Source: Basidiobolus meristosporus CBS 931.73 (taxonomy: Eukaryota; Fungi; Basidiobolomycota). From it: a stretch of DNA of 64,000 nt. The notes below the pieces were generated by a model that ran no database searches, was not told where the DNA came from, and saw nothing but the letters and a program-made list of their open reading frames with translations. Location: the NCBI GenBank assembly GCA_002104905.1, contig MCFE01000423.1, forward strand, positions 1-64,000, in the 5' to 3' direction. This document shows positions 1 to 12,969 of the stretch, in pieces; the stretch's first letter is position 1; each line of letters begins with the position of its first letter. The position numbers and the translations under genes are program-made.

Positions 1-360
1 TAAGTTGGGACTAGAAATGGGAGCTCCCCCATATGCACGTATTTTGAATTCCCCCAGAGTGTTGTTGGGTAACTGAAGACTTTGACTTTCGAGCTCGGCT
101 ACACCTTTGGGCATGTACGCTGCGAATGAAAAGCCTTCGGTACGTTTTGTGGGATAAAACAGTTGAACCATGAGAGCGCGGTCTTCCGTGGCAGGTGCGT
201 AAGGATCAGTTCGGTTGTGGTCCACCAACTGTAGCTCTACCGTTCCTATCTTGAATTTTCCAGTTGGTGCGGGAAACGGAAACTTGGTAGCTGCAGCTTC
301 CACCAGCGCTAATATTACTACGGTGGCAAAAGCAGCAGTTTCAATAATCCTGATCTTCAT
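1..360 (-). CDS. Secreted alpha/beta-hydrolase, PAF-acetylhydrolase/lipase-like (N-terminal part; runs off the window edge)
   Basis: Not in the ORF track; translated by hand from ATG at 360. MKIRIIETAAFATVVILALVEAAATKFPFPAPTGKFKIGTVELQLVDHNRTDPYAPATEDRALMVQLFYPT...GAPISSPNL. Signal-peptide-like N-terminus plus the P-x-PTG...D-x-x-R-x-DP...R-x-LMV-x-x-FYP pattern of PAF-AH_p_II-like hydrolases. Confidence 0.7.
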   Translation of the reverse strand, partial: MKIRIIETAAFATVVILALVEAAATKFPFPAPTGKFKIGTVELQLVDHNRTDPYAPATEDRALMVQLFYPTKRTEGFSFAAYMPKGVAELESQSLQLPNNTLGEFKIRAYGGAPISSPNL

Positions 361-601
361 TGGAGGTAAAATAAATGATATCGATGTCGGTTTTCTTCCT
401 GGAAAGTAGTACTTATAGCGCTTAGGGGTGAAAACCCATTGGTAGTGAACACTACTTTGGATCTGCCTCAGCAGAAACGTGGTGTGACTAGGGCCAGGAA
501 TGTATTTATGACTGCTCTATTTAGTTATCATGTAGTACCTGATTTCCTAGCTGATTGGCTGTGATTAGTGCCGTGCTAGGCTTTACTTGATATTCTACCA
601 G

Positions 602-690
602 CTCTAACTCTACTAATCTTGTATCGCACACTCTAACTCTACTAATCTTGTATCGTACACTCTGACTCTACTAATCTTGTATCGTACACT
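602..690. repeat. Tandem repeat, 29-bp unit x3
   Basis: ctctaactctactaatcttgtatcg(c/t)aca at 602, 631 and 660, with 1-2 mismatches and no spacers. Confidence 0.95.
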
Positions 691-1248
691 TGGTCCTGGC
701 TGCCTTTACCTGCAGAAGCGTCCAACGTGGGACACACAAGGCTTATCAAGTTCATTGGTTCTACGATGCGCCACTGTATTTATCCTCTCACATTTTATCA
801 ATGAAACCTCATAGAGACCTTAAGATACAGCTCTCTATTCCATAGCTTCCGAGGTAGTGGAATTAGCAAGCTCAGTAGAGCATGCGCTTTAAAGCGACAA
901 AGGACCAGTGTGTCCTTTTTGTGCAATATCCAGACATCGACCCGATTCCACCTTATATTCCCTGGCTCATATGGCGATATACATATCAGCAAGTTTGCCA
1001 TATACTTTCATATCGAGTGTTTATGTGAAACCAGAATCACATATGCATGGAGTTTATTCCTCGCAGCATATTGAAGTTTCACCAAAGGTCCATCGTACAA
1101 CATAGTGAGGCCGATTTGAAGGCACCAGGCATGCCTGTGGACAAGCATGTAGACGGAAGCGCGGAGTAGGCAGGTTAGGGGACAATTCCTTAGCAATCTG
1201 GTTGCAGGTTGATTAATTTTACTAATTAAGGAATTCAGCATTTGTTGG

Positions 1249-1344
1249 ATTCTAAAAGGCTAATTATGCCATTTCGCAATACCATCTTACCCAGCATTCT
1301 AAAAGGCTAATTATGCCATTTCGCAATACCATCTTACCCAGCAT
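1249..1344. repeat. Perfect 47-bp tandem duplication upstream of catalase
   Basis: attctaaaaggctaattatgccatttcgcaataccatcttacccagc at 1249-1295 and 1296-1342. Confidence 0.95.
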
Positions 1345-1558
1345 ATTTACCTTTAACGAATCGGGGATTTAATCGTGATTGCGCCAACAACCTGACAGGT
1401 ACAATCAGAATGGTAATTTTGATAAAGGAGCAGATTCTCCACTATTTCATGCACGCCTTGCCCCTTGGGTGTGGATACAATCGGGGGGATACAGCATGTG
1501 TACCAAGACTATTTAACGTAGTCTGCGCCATGCATACCCCACCACACTTCTTGCTAGG

Positions 1559-4157
1559 ATGTGTAAAAAGATATCTCTTTTACTTTGCCTTCTTGCAGGA
1601 GCCGAACTGGCTCACCCTCAAATATGTGCCTTGGAGAGAGGTATCACCAGATCCTCCAATGGCTCAGACAAAGAGAAGCAGCTCCACGAATACACTATAG
1701 AAAATACCAACACATATGAGACCACGAATTCTGGCCTCAAGGTATGTGGAGTAAATTGGCAGTATGCTTGGATCACTAACGTGTTCGTTTTAGATAAACA
1801 ATACCCACAGTTTGAAAGCAGGGCTTCGAGGACCAACGCTTCTCGAGGATTTCCAATTCCGAGAGAAAATGATGCATTTCGGTAGCTTCAACCCTGCTCA
1901 CCCTTCTCCAAACCATCCACTCTGACACTGCGCTTTATTCCATGAAAGATCATGAACGAATTCCTGAGCGAGCGGTGCATGCACGCGGCGTTGGCGCCCA
2001 TGGATACTTTCAATCATACGGAGACTACTCCAACATCACCGCGGCCAAATTCCTACGAGATCCTGGGATTAAAACCCCAGTATTTGTTAGATTCTCCACT
2101 GTGTTAGGGTCTCGAGGATCAGCGGATACTGTCCGGGATATCAGAGGGTTTGCCACCCGCTTCTACACTGAGGAAGGTCTCTTCGATATAGGTAACTTTG
2201 ACGCTGCATGAATATCTATTGAGCATCTAGCTAACATGCTATCTCTAGTCGGAAACGATGTTCCGGTATTCTTTATCCAAGGTGAGTGGCCCTGAAATTC
2301 TCTCTGTCGGATTTAATCGAGCTTTTCCATCCACCAGATGCCATGAAGTTCCCCGACCTGATCCATGCCGCCAAGCCAGAGCCTGATACAGAGATGCCGC
2401 AGGCAGGGACGGCCCATGACACTGCTTACGACTTCTTCTCCGAATTTCCGGAATCATTACACGCAGTGTTTTGGGCCTTTTCTGGCAGAGGAATTCCAAG
2501 GAGGTTAGCAGTTTCTCCCCCGGATGGTTGCATTGTACCATACTGACCCGACTTGACCCAGCTTGCGTATGATCGAGGGCTTTGGCGTACACACTTTTCG
2601 ACTAGTCAGCCCAGAAGGTCGATCGGTGTTCGTTAAATGGCACTGGAAACCTCTTCAGGGCCTGTCGAATTTGGTGTGGGACGAAGCGCAAAAAATTGGA
2701 GGAAAAGATCCTGATTTCCATCGGAGGGATCTTTACACTGCCATCGATAACGGAGATTATCCTGAATGGGAGCTAGGTGTCCAAATCATCCCTGAGGAGG
2801 ACGAGTTCAAGTACGATTTTGATCTCTTGGATCCGACCAAGCTGATTCCCGAGTCACTTGTCCCCGTCACCAAGATCGGAAAGATGGTAAGGCGCTCGCA
2901 GGGCGATAGTCGTGCCTCATATATACTAAGTAATCTCGATAGACTCTGAATCGCAACGTGGATAACTACTTTGCAGAGACCGAACAGGTCAGCTTCCACC
3001 TGGGCCATATTGTCCCGGGGATCGACTTCACGAACGATCCCCTTTTGCAAGGTCGTCTCTTTAGCTATCTGGACACGCAGCTGAACAGACACGGAAGCGC
3101 AAACTTCCACCAGATACCCATCAATCGCCCCATCAACGCTGTCCACAACAACCAGAGGGACGGGTTCATGCAAACCACCATCAACAAGGGAAAAGTCGCC
3201 TATTATCCAAACAGCCTGCAAGGAAACTCGCCCCAGGTGGCCTCCCCAGCGAGTGGCGGCTACCATTCATACCGGGAGAGGGTAGATGGACCCAAAGAGA
3301 GAGGCGCCGCTCCAAGCTTCTTTGACTATTTCTCACAGACCCAGCTCTTCTACAATAGTTTGACAAAAGCGGAGCAGGTAAGTCACCCAGATATCTCGAC
3401 GACGATCATCTCGATTAAGCAGTCGATCTATTTTTAGCAACAGCTTGTTGACGCCGCTCGCTTCGAGCTTGGAAAAACAAAATCTCAAGCCATCCGTGAC
3501 AAGATGATTGAGCTGATAAACCATGTCGACCATGACTTGGCAAGGCGTGTGGCGATTGCCATCGGGGTCCAGCCACCAACCTCGAGCCCCAACCCAAACC
3601 ACAAACGAGCCACCACCGGGCTCTCCATTGACCGGTACCCCAAGACCAACATCAAGACACGTACGGTGGCCATCCTCGTTGCTGACGGCGTCGACAACTC
3701 CCAGGTGGAAGCGGTGTACCACAGCCTGAAAGCCCAAGGGGCGTATCCGGACATTGTCGCACCCTACATCGGCAGAGTGCAGGGCCTGGGCTTCCAGTCA
3801 AACAACACCTTCGTCACAACCTCGTCTGTGCTGTACGATGCGGTGTATGTGCCCGGCGGAAGGAAATCCATTGACATATTGCTCTCGCAAAACCCCGCCT
3901 TCCAGTACGACGAACCCATTGAATTCATCCGCGAGGCGTATCGCCATGGCAAACCGATCGCCGCCTCCGGCGATGGGGTCGAGCTGATCAAGAAGGCAGG
4001 GATCCCATACAGCGATAAAGAGGCAGGCGTCAACAGGCTCAAAGGGGTCCTGATCAACCACGGCCCTGACGCTAACACTCTGGCCAAGCCATTCGCCGAG
4101 GCCATATTGACCGGGCGATTTTGGGAGAGGATGAGGATGGACCCAGAGAACTTGTAG
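1559..4157 (+). CDS. Large-subunit (clade 2) heme catalase with signal peptide and C-terminal GATase1/DJ-1-like domain; multi-exon
   Basis: Exon pieces give [28 protein letters not shown] (distal His), [55 protein letters not shown] (proximal Tyr) and VAILVADGV...[13 protein letters not shown] introns, e.g. 1742-1793 with cactaac branch point. Confidence 0.97.
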
Positions 4158-4464
4158 TCGCACCCATTCGGAAAGAGGTCATGTGCATTCCCCCATCCAT
4201 GACACCATTGTTTGTTAATGAGGACTACGCATGTAGAGGCTGGTCTTATCTATAAATAAATGCTCGCCATATATGGCTATCAAATCGAACTTCCATCGGA
4301 TAGCGCCGAGGTGAATAAAAAAAACTGCTGCCGGACTGGGAATCCACTACGTATCACCACCTTTACCCATCTCACGCGGCAATAGCCAGTAGCTGAAGCT
4401 GTATTGTACGCAGTCGAACCGAAGTTCTATTTACCGGATAGTAATTCGTTTCAAGCCAGCCCCC

Positions 4465-6695
4465 ATGTTGACTCGAAACAAACTCGTATTATTGCTCCTC
4501 TCACTCTGTATCTCTTTGGGTTCCTTCACTCTTACCACCGGCCACTCTGCATTTACGAGGTTCGAGCCATGTCCTAGGAGTGGATATTCGTGGGAGCCCA
4601 TCTCTGCAACGTCGCACCTAGACTCAATCAAGAGAACCTTGGATATGAGTATAATCGGCACTGCTAATTCACAGCTCATAGACGGGAAAGATGCTGAAAG
4701 TACGTATCTTATTTACCATAGTTCGCATTTTTTTTTCTCTACTAATCCTTCCACAGTCGCTCCATTCACCTATTACACTGCAGATATGGCCGGGATTCAA
4801 GTACTCAAATATAGCCAGCCCCAACTGTGCGAGAAATTGGGTGGGTGTCCTACCCAGTCGGGCAACGTGACCTTCATTGCAGTAATTTCCTTCTTTTCGC
4901 TCGAAGTGTGGCTATTGCCGATCCTAATGTTTTCTTTCTAGAGCGTGAAACTCTCCAAGTTTGTCCCATTCGTTGACGTGGACATACGAGCCGTTCTCCT
5001 CGATACGAACGAACGCGGGTACGGCTGCTTCCTCCTGAGCCGTGACCAGACGGATCAACCTTACTTTCATATCCTCGTGATCGTGGTTTTCTGCACCATA
5101 TTACTGAGTGTGGCCATGGCCGCGGTGGGCTACTATCTCGGGGAAAGCTCGAACATCTTCGTGTTTAGTTCGAGGTTTGGTGCGGACGGGGAAAACCAAC
5201 TGCTACAGTACCCCGGCTTCTTCGACATGGTTTACTACCTTCAGTTCGTAGTTGTGACCTCCCTGTTGAACCTGGACTATCCTTACTTTTTCCAAAGCTT
5301 CATCGCCTCCTTCCATTCCATCATGTTTGTGCTGGGCGACTCGGTTACTAACCATGCGGCAAGAAAGTCCCGTGGCCTGGCGGATGTCCCGGCCCCTCCC
5401 GTCTCGCCGGACCAGCATGGACTGGAATTTTTCGCCCACAACATTGGGCTCGAGGGAGCCGATCTGTTTGTCTCCATCCTGATCCTCATGGCCATGGTGC
5501 TGCTATGTGTTCTGGTGCTTTCCATCGTGCTAAGCGTTGTTGGATCGGTGCTGAAGGCACGCGCCGACGGATCCCCCTACTCACGCAAGAAGCAGATCGC
5601 GTTCGTTGCAGGTTGGTACTCGATGTTCATGTACACTTCTCCCTCCCGACTAACCCATCTCTCGCAGGAAACATTCTGAGAGTGATTCTCTTGTTCCACC
5701 TGCCCCTCACCATCTTCGGCTTCTATCAATTTTACATTCACGAGACCGCGTGGGTGACGGGGGTGGCGGCGGCCGTGGTGGCCATCTTTTCTTTGGGGGT
5801 TATCGGGGCCATTCTGGGTCACATGTCGCGCATTGCGCCCCGCTCCATCATCTTCATCGACGCGTTCTACATGCTCCTGTACGGACCGCTCTACAACAAC
5901 TACACCTCGGAGACGAGTCGATTTGCCTTCGTCGATGTCGGCTACCGACTCATTCTGGCCCTGATCATCGCGTTCGGGCAGAAGAGCGGCCTCGCCCAGC
6001 TGATCATCCTTTTGTGTCTGGAGGTGGCGAGCTTCTACTCGTTGATCGGCATCCATCCGTGGATCAGTCTGCCGGTGAACCGGTGGGAGATCTCCCGACA
6101 AGCGTTGAAGATCGTCTTTGTGAGTCTGCTGTTCGCCTTCCTGCCCAACATCAACGCAAGCAAGTCCGCGAAAGATTGGTGCGGCTTGATCCTGATCTTC
6201 CTGTTCCTGTTATTCCAACTGGTCTGGGTGATCAAGATCCTGTGCAACATCGGTCTGATGTTCATGAAGAAGTACCACCTTCGTCACGAGCATGCGTTCA
6301 AACCCGATCTGAACCGGGTCCCCAAGAAAACCGCCACCCCAAGCGTCAGGAGCGGGAACCTGCCCCCCAGGGCGGAGGCGTCGGTTTCCCTCGACTACAC
6401 CCACGATCGACCCTACTTCCCCGGCCACAAGCCGGACAACTACTCCGAGTCCCTACCCGAGACCGCCCAGCTCTCCCCCTACGAGAAGTACATGGCCAGC
6501 CTTAGGGAGAATGCGGGGCTACGGGACTCCTTCGCCATGGAGGATTCCAACGGCAACCGACCCTACGCCTACCAGGAGTCGGAGATGAGCCGGTCCAGCT
6601 TCGCCCTGGACGAGTACCCGGCCCGAGAACCCACCCCGCAACATACCCGTCCCGCCAAATTGCCCAAATTCTTCTCGGCCAAGAATAACGAGTAG
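4465..6695 (+). CDS. TRP-like / flavin-carrier (Flc/Pkd2-like) multi-pass membrane protein with N-terminal ML-like domain; multi-exon
   Basis: Signal peptide, Cys-containing luminal domain (CEKLGGCP, GYGC), PGFFDMVYYLQFVVVTSLLNLDYP motif, YGPLYNNY motif, several hydrophobic helices and a polar C-terminal tail. Confidence 0.85.
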
Positions 6696-7060
6696 ACTTT
6701 CCTAACGGATCCCCCGCCCTCCTCATCGAAGTGTAGTGTAGTATAGAGCTTACCCCGACCATCTAATTCAATCTCAATCCTCGATCCTCGATCCATCCTC
6801 CCCTCTCGTTTGTACATTTCCAAGAGCCACCTGCATGGCCGGTACACCCATTCCTCCCTCTTCTCTCCTCCCTTCTCCTCCTCCCCTCAAGCCCCGGCGA
6901 CATGTCCCCGAGAACAAGAATAAACTTTCCTTGGAATCAAGTTGCGGATTTATTACTGACGTGGGATCTATGGATGTTAGGCAATGGAAATGGAAATGGA
7001 AATGAAAATGAGGATGTCGATGACGAGGGGTAACCAAGTCGATGATGCATCGAACACTCG

Positions 7061-8091
7061 TTACGGCAGAATCCGGGGGGTTTGGTGCCGCATACGTCCC
7101 TGTATCTGGAGTTTACAGTCCCCGTCCTGGTGGATCAGGAGGCCGGTGAGTCCCTCGTAGGAGCACCGACGGTTGCTGCGCAGGGCGAGGTAGGTCAAGA
7201 CAGCCTGATCCTGTCTGTGGTTGAGCCGATTGGAGCCGTCGGGTGCAATGCAGGATCGGTCCAAGGCGCACTGGAACAACGGGTTGATCAGGGTGTCCAT
7301 GACCTCGGGGTGGTGGGAGTTGAACCCGATGAATGCCCCGTTGCAGTTCCGCTCGTCCCCGTACTTCTCCAGGTCGTCCTGGAAGTGGTCGAACAGCTTG
7401 GGATGGGTCCATCGGCGTACGTTCCCCGAGCTCGTGGGGCTGTAGAATCCCTTCTCCTCCAGCCACTCGATCACATCCATCAGGAAGTTGGGGAACACCC
7501 GGTCCCCCGAGTCCATCCATAGCGTGATCCCTGGCCGCCTGTCCGCCACCTCCTTCAGGATCCCCGCCTTCCAGGCGTACTCCCCGCGGCTCTGGGTGAT
7601 GTTCCAGAACCCCGGGTACCGGGTGAAATTGAAGGTATGAAGCTCCTGGAACAGCCCCGCCCCCTGAATGGCGGAGAGCTGCTGACGCTGCTCCGCGCTG
7701 AGCCCCAGGTCGTACACGAGCACCCTGGCTCGAACGCTGGTCGGAAGGAAGGTTAGGCTGTTGTGCAGGGAGTAGAGGAATCCCTGCAAGGGACAGAAAT
7801 GGTTGGCGCTTGCTCCGGTAACGATCACGAACTCCTTCGGCTCTAAATCATCAGGTACAAGAGGTGATTAGGCCTGATGGAGGGGAAACCATGCGCCACG
7901 GCACCAAGCAACTTACCCTCGGCGTTCGTCCTGAGCATCCAACCCAAGCACGCCGCGAAGAGGAGCGCGAAGCAGAACAGTCTGAGGGATTTCTTTCCGG
8001 GGAACTTGTCCCGGACGGCGTATCTTTCGGTCTCTTCCCCCGAGAGCCGCTGGATGGTGAGGTAGGTTGTTTGTGGTGGGGATTTGTACAT
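7061..8091 (-). CDS. DUF1647-like type II membrane protein (possible glycosyltransferase-like fold); two exons
   Basis: Exon 1 from ATG 8091 with TM anchor LFCFALLFAACLGWML, then a GTAAGT...TTTAG intron. Exon 2 has IVTGASANHF, VLVYDLGL, EYAWK, LWMDSG and NHRQDQAVL motifs recalled from DUF1647 proteins. Family call is from memory, not a search. Confidence 0.65.
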
Positions 8092-8635
8092 CTCTAGTAA
8101 CGACCGGATGTCAGAATTAGTACAACGGACGGGGTTGGTGCCGAGTGGGGATTGGAAAGTGTTGCTGGTTACCTCCGACGGACGGTTCGCTAGCCAAAAG
8201 ATTCCCAGGCGGTGGGTGAATGAGTGGATTCAATGATCCGTGTGTGAGGGGCGATACAGCCGGCGACGTGCTTATAACAATAGTGGGTGGAGAATGGGCT
8301 TGGTAGGTTGGCTTGTGCGCCGAAGTCCCAGTTGGTATCACCAAGCCCAATGCCAATTAGCCAATGGTTCACCCGGATTTTATTTACCAATTCCATCCAA
8401 CAGGTATTCAAAAATGCAATCTTTCTCGTTCCCCCTCAAAATCATTTTGGAATGCAAAATATCTATCCACGGTGGGCGGTGAATACACAGCCCTCGATCC
8501 ACGTCTCTCTAGGGGTCAAACCACCCAAGGCGACGTTCGTTCGGGCCTGGAAGGTGTTCCCCCCTCCCCAATCGATTAAACAATGGGGGAGGCGCCTAGA
8601 ACTATGGCACAGAAATGATCAAAAATGGGAAACTA

Positions 8636-11026
8636 TCATGTGGCGATCCACTTGAACAAGTGAAGCATCTTGTCGGTCAACCCAACAAGCATATCATCCT
8701 TTCCCATAAGAGACACCCTTTTCATATCCAGGAAGGTGTCTCGCGACCCCGATGCGAGCTCTTGGAAAACGTATTGGGAGTTCGCAATGTCCCAAAGTAG
8801 CAGCTACAGAAACGAGGGTCAATGCGCCATGCTGAGGATCAAAGGGTGGAAAGATAGGACCATACCGATGAAGATGCTTCATCCCCTGCACAGACAAACG
8901 TCGTAGGCTGCGCCGAGTTTCTCCCGTAGGATCGTGTAAAAATGGTGGTTTTACCGAGGGATGTTTGACCTGAGCGTCCATCAAGATGGCATACATGCTT
9001 CACATTGAAATCTTCAGCAGTGTTTTCGATTCGGCTTACGATATGGTGGGTTGAAGATTGGCCAACATTCCGAAAGGATGTCAGCATGTGACTCGAAGAG
9101 GAATCGTATGATACGGAATAACATGACGATCCTACGAAACAATCAGTTTCTCAAGGCCAACAGGGTCGTGAAGTGACTGCTTACCTGGAAGTTGGAGGTC
9201 AAGAACCCTACAAGAGCTTTCTACCGAGGGTGCTTCAATATTCACAAGGTTCTCCCAGGTGAAGACATGCTCCAGATTAGCAGCCAAAAGTTTCCCCGGA
9301 TTCCCGTCTTGCGGTACGTGAACCAGAGAATGGATCGGCTTCATGCCGAGCTTTGCTCGATCCTGAAAATGCTTCACGGGGTCCTTTGTATACCGAAGGT
9401 CAAACATTCTGATCGAATTGTTCGACTGCCCGGAATACACGTAGTTCCCATCCGAAGAGTTCCAACAGCAAGACCAACCAGCAGCGCCCAGATCAAAACT
9501 GTTTCGACGTCAGGATCCACACTGAGGATGCTATACTTCTCACGCATAACACTAACCTTTGAACAACGGAATTGGTGGTAAGCGAAACCAACTTCATGGT
9601 CTTGTCCAGGCTAGTGGTTAGAACTAGATTATTGTCCAAAGGGCTGCAATGGGCATCTCGGACAGCTTTGGAGTGAATAGGGATAAACTCCTGTTGCGAC
9701 AATTCGCGCATGTTCAGCCTCAAGAGGCCGTGATGGTCCAACGAGGACCTGGCCCCTAATGAGCGACTGATAAGCAGCTGTTCAAGATATGTGTTTTCAG
9801 TTACAACACGAGCCGAGTTGTTCTAAAAACCCAGGCGAAGGTCAGTACTCGGTGCCATGCCGAATCTCGAGTAGGCAAGATACTTACATCTAAAGAGATT
9901 GGAACTGTATCCACGCCAATATATTTTCCCTGTGGGGAGCAACTCCATAAGCTAGGTCCAGCCTCGTACTTACTCTTCATTACACCGAGTTGCTGTCGGC
10001 ATCTAAGGATAATACCGTCCATTCAATAACGATGGATTGTTTAAAAGAGCAGACGTTTCTTCAGACAATACAATACCTGTTATACTCCTGCCTGATCCGA
10101 CCCAGCTCTTCATGTACTTTATCCAGCTCAGCCTACGAAAGAATCCAGAACGGCTCAGCGCGTATAGTAGTGACTATTCGATCGAGGGGAAGCCTACCGT
10201 TGCCATTTGATAAGCTAGCTGTAAACGAGCAATCTTCATGTCAGCTTGCTCCCTCAAGGCTCTTTCTTCTCGGGCTTCTCTTAACGCTTGATCTTTTTCC
10301 AATGTATCTATTGCCACGATTCTTTTTGCCCAAATCACTCGAATATCCTTCTTGGTGGCAACTTGACTAGGTACGAAGGCTCTATTAATCTACTACCAAT
10401 TTGAGCTATCACCACGACGACATACTTGCATTCCGGGCATTTACTCTTTGCTTCCCTGGGCTTTCCACTTTTACCCAACCAACGTTCAATGCAACTATCA
10501 ATATTTGCGTGGGCTTTAGTTCAACTAATATCATTACACACAGTTAGGAGAGGTTCAAATACCTTCGCCCAAATAAGTGCCCGCACTTCAAAGATACCAC
10601 TCGGTGCTCTCCACGGCTTGCCCAAGGTTCGAAACAGATAGAGCATGTGGTTGCTTCTTCCCCTTCATCGTCATCGCTAATAGGGCCCGAGTCTCTCTCT
10701 TCTGTAGAGCGTTTACCAGGACCAGCAAAAGGTTTCTGAAAATCAATTTGCGAAGAGAAAGCATTTTCTTGCGAAGTTGCAGGGGCTGTCGACACTGCAG
10801 GCGCGTTTGGAACGGGAAAAACATGCTCCGAAGGGAGGGGTGACTCTTCTGCCTCGTTAGATCTAGGCTGTGCACGTTGTGACGAGTTGGTTTGAGAAAC
10901 TTCAGCAGGAGCTGAAGCAGTGTCACCTGTACGATCTGTACCTCTTTCTACAGGCTCTTCGATAGTCGTTTCTTCCGGGTTTTCTTCTTCCGAATCGATG
11001 GTGATTGGAATAGTTGAAGTGTCCAT
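8636..11026 (-). CDS. RFWD3: RING-WD40 E3 ubiquitin ligase RFWD3 orthologue; multi-exon
   Basis: Acidic N-terminus; RING start [26 protein letters not shown]; WD40 exons ([26 protein letters not shown]); last exon ends [16 protein letters not shown]. Confidence 0.9.
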
Positions 11027-11356
11027 TTAAACTTGGACCTGACGAGAGTCCTTGTTGAAAGTAGCACCCTATTCTATTTACTACTGGCGTGATTTGTTTA
11101 TCAAAAATCAGACACGAAAATAGAAAAATCCCAAATCAAAATCGGTAGAATTTATTCATTTTGCAAACAAATCACTTAGGGTGAATGCTTTGAAGCCAAG
11201 ACGCAAGACGCAGTCAAAATCAGTCTAGAAGTGACACCCAAGGTTACTTTAATGATCGATTGTGATTAATACGGATTCCAAACAAGAGAGGGAGTGTATG
11301 TATGACTGACAGTGAGGGAAGAGATAAAAGTACATTATTGGAGACGAATTCCTAGC

Positions 11357-12969
11357 TTATCCTAATAAGCTGTCTATGTTGGGGGTTGAAACAAATCGTT
11401 TGTGCACATTGCCCATGACGAATGCTTGCTTGTTTTCCGAGTCCACAGCGACGATATTTTGAAGGAAGCCACAGTCGGATCCCGGTGAAATCTAAAGGCG
11501 CATCTGGTTAGTACAGCATCAACAAACAACGAAAGAGTGTTTAGTCGTTACATCAAAGATGAGCTCTCCGATCTTGATTTGGGTTTTGCCCGATTTGTAC
11601 ACAAGGAGTTTGCCCATTAGCCCCTCGGGCTTGCCAGCATCCTCAAGTGAAGGAGCTGCTGCTGCTGTAGCCTCAGTCTCCCCCTCGGCAACTTCTTTTT
11701 TAACGACAACTTCGCCATTCTCGGCATCCACATCCGCAGGCTCTTGCTTGACCAGGGTCATGTCCACCTCCATCTCATTAGACTCCTGTTTGTCGCTTGC
11801 CACCTCAAAAGCCGGCAGCTGCGAAGGAAACTGGAAATAGAACAATCTCTCGTCACCAGCGTTCTGAGTGAAGAAGAATGAGAGAAGGTCCGCGCAATTC
11901 TATCCAATGTATATGCTCACCTCATTGGCGTTGCTGATGAGATCAAGCCCGGGTGATGATGAGCATCCATAGAGGGACTTGGAGTCGCTCATGGACGAGG
12001 CTTCCTCATCTACCTCAGTCTTTACTTGGTTCTCCTCGTTGGTCAAATCATGCTCCACCATCAGAGTATCGTCTCCCCTGGGCTCTTTCTTGACCTCCGA
12101 GGTATATGGGAGCATTACTGGAGTCCAGGCGTCCCCATTGGTAAAAAACTCTCCATCGTTGGCATCATCGTCGTAATTATCGGAAGCACTGAACATGTTC
12201 TCGGATGGGATGTTACTGTGTGCAGGCTCACGGCTACTGGACCCGGTAACCATGACCTCTTGGCCGCTGCCTCCTCTCTCGGCTCCTCTGGAACCTTGGG
12301 TCAACATCGTCGACGTTAGTGCAATACCATTTGAAAAACAACCAGCGACCATTTACCCCCCATAGCAGGTCCCATAGAAAACGGTCCAGACGCAACCGAC
12401 ACCAACTCCTCAGGTCCCTTGCCACGTCCTCTACCACGGCCTACAAGATTTCGAGTAGAACATCCATCAGCTACATGCGAAAAACTCTGTTGCCACAACT
12501 AGGATAATTACCACGACCCCCTCTGCCGCCACGACCTCTTCCTCGTCCGCGATTATTCCCTGTCTGCAATATGTTGAGTGAAAACACTACGAGAACTATT
12601 AACCAGAGCATCTTACAGCGTTAGAGGAGATAGCGTTGTCTAGAAGGGAGGGGGCGCTAGAAGTAAACACATGTGAATCCATTTGGATGTTATCGTTTGT
12701 GCGTTTGATCTCAATGTCTACCTCTCTTTCTTGTTGCGCTTTGTTGGGATCGTTGGGGTGAATCTCATCTAACGTTAGTCTGGCATTTAGTATGGCGATC
12801 ATGAATCCAGCAGCGGCAAACAAAGAGAGAATGCAAACCTTCTGAGTACCGCCTCGAGTGGTCCCTTTGGCCGCGCGAACGGGAGTTGAACGAGCTGGGG
12901 ATTTCACGTGCGCGTCAGTAAAGAATCCGAGAGCAAGAACGTCTCCGGGACATTACCTTGTTCCGACAT
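11357..12969 (-). CDS. RPC53: RNA polymerase III subunit RPC4; multi-exon
   Basis: RGGTQK-MRFTPTIP N-terminal motif, RGRGRG repeats, FYFQFPSQLP, GLMGKLLVYKSGKTQIKIG and CGFLQNIVAVD...VMGNVHKRFVSTPNID* (RNA_pol_Rpc4 domain). Confidence 0.92.

Noticed and set aside
602-690. CRISPR-like array (29-bp repeats)
   Set aside because: Units are directly adjacent with no spacers, the context is eukaryotic, and there are no cas genes.
6983-7010. (GGAAAT)n microsatellite; also (CTTGCAC)4 at 19064-19091
   Set aside because: Short simple repeats in UTR or intergenic DNA; not telomeric arrays and no sign of function.
2757-7527. Long antisense or alternative-frame ORFs (e.g. 2757-3266, 3333-3737, 5577-6101, 5750-6505, 7082-7522)
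   Set aside because: They overlap well-supported genes with high GC3, which suppresses stops in shadow frames; no recognisable motifs.
8287-8655. 122-aa plus-strand ORF
   Set aside because: No motifs, overlaps the RFWD3 3' end, and has the composition of intergenic sequence.
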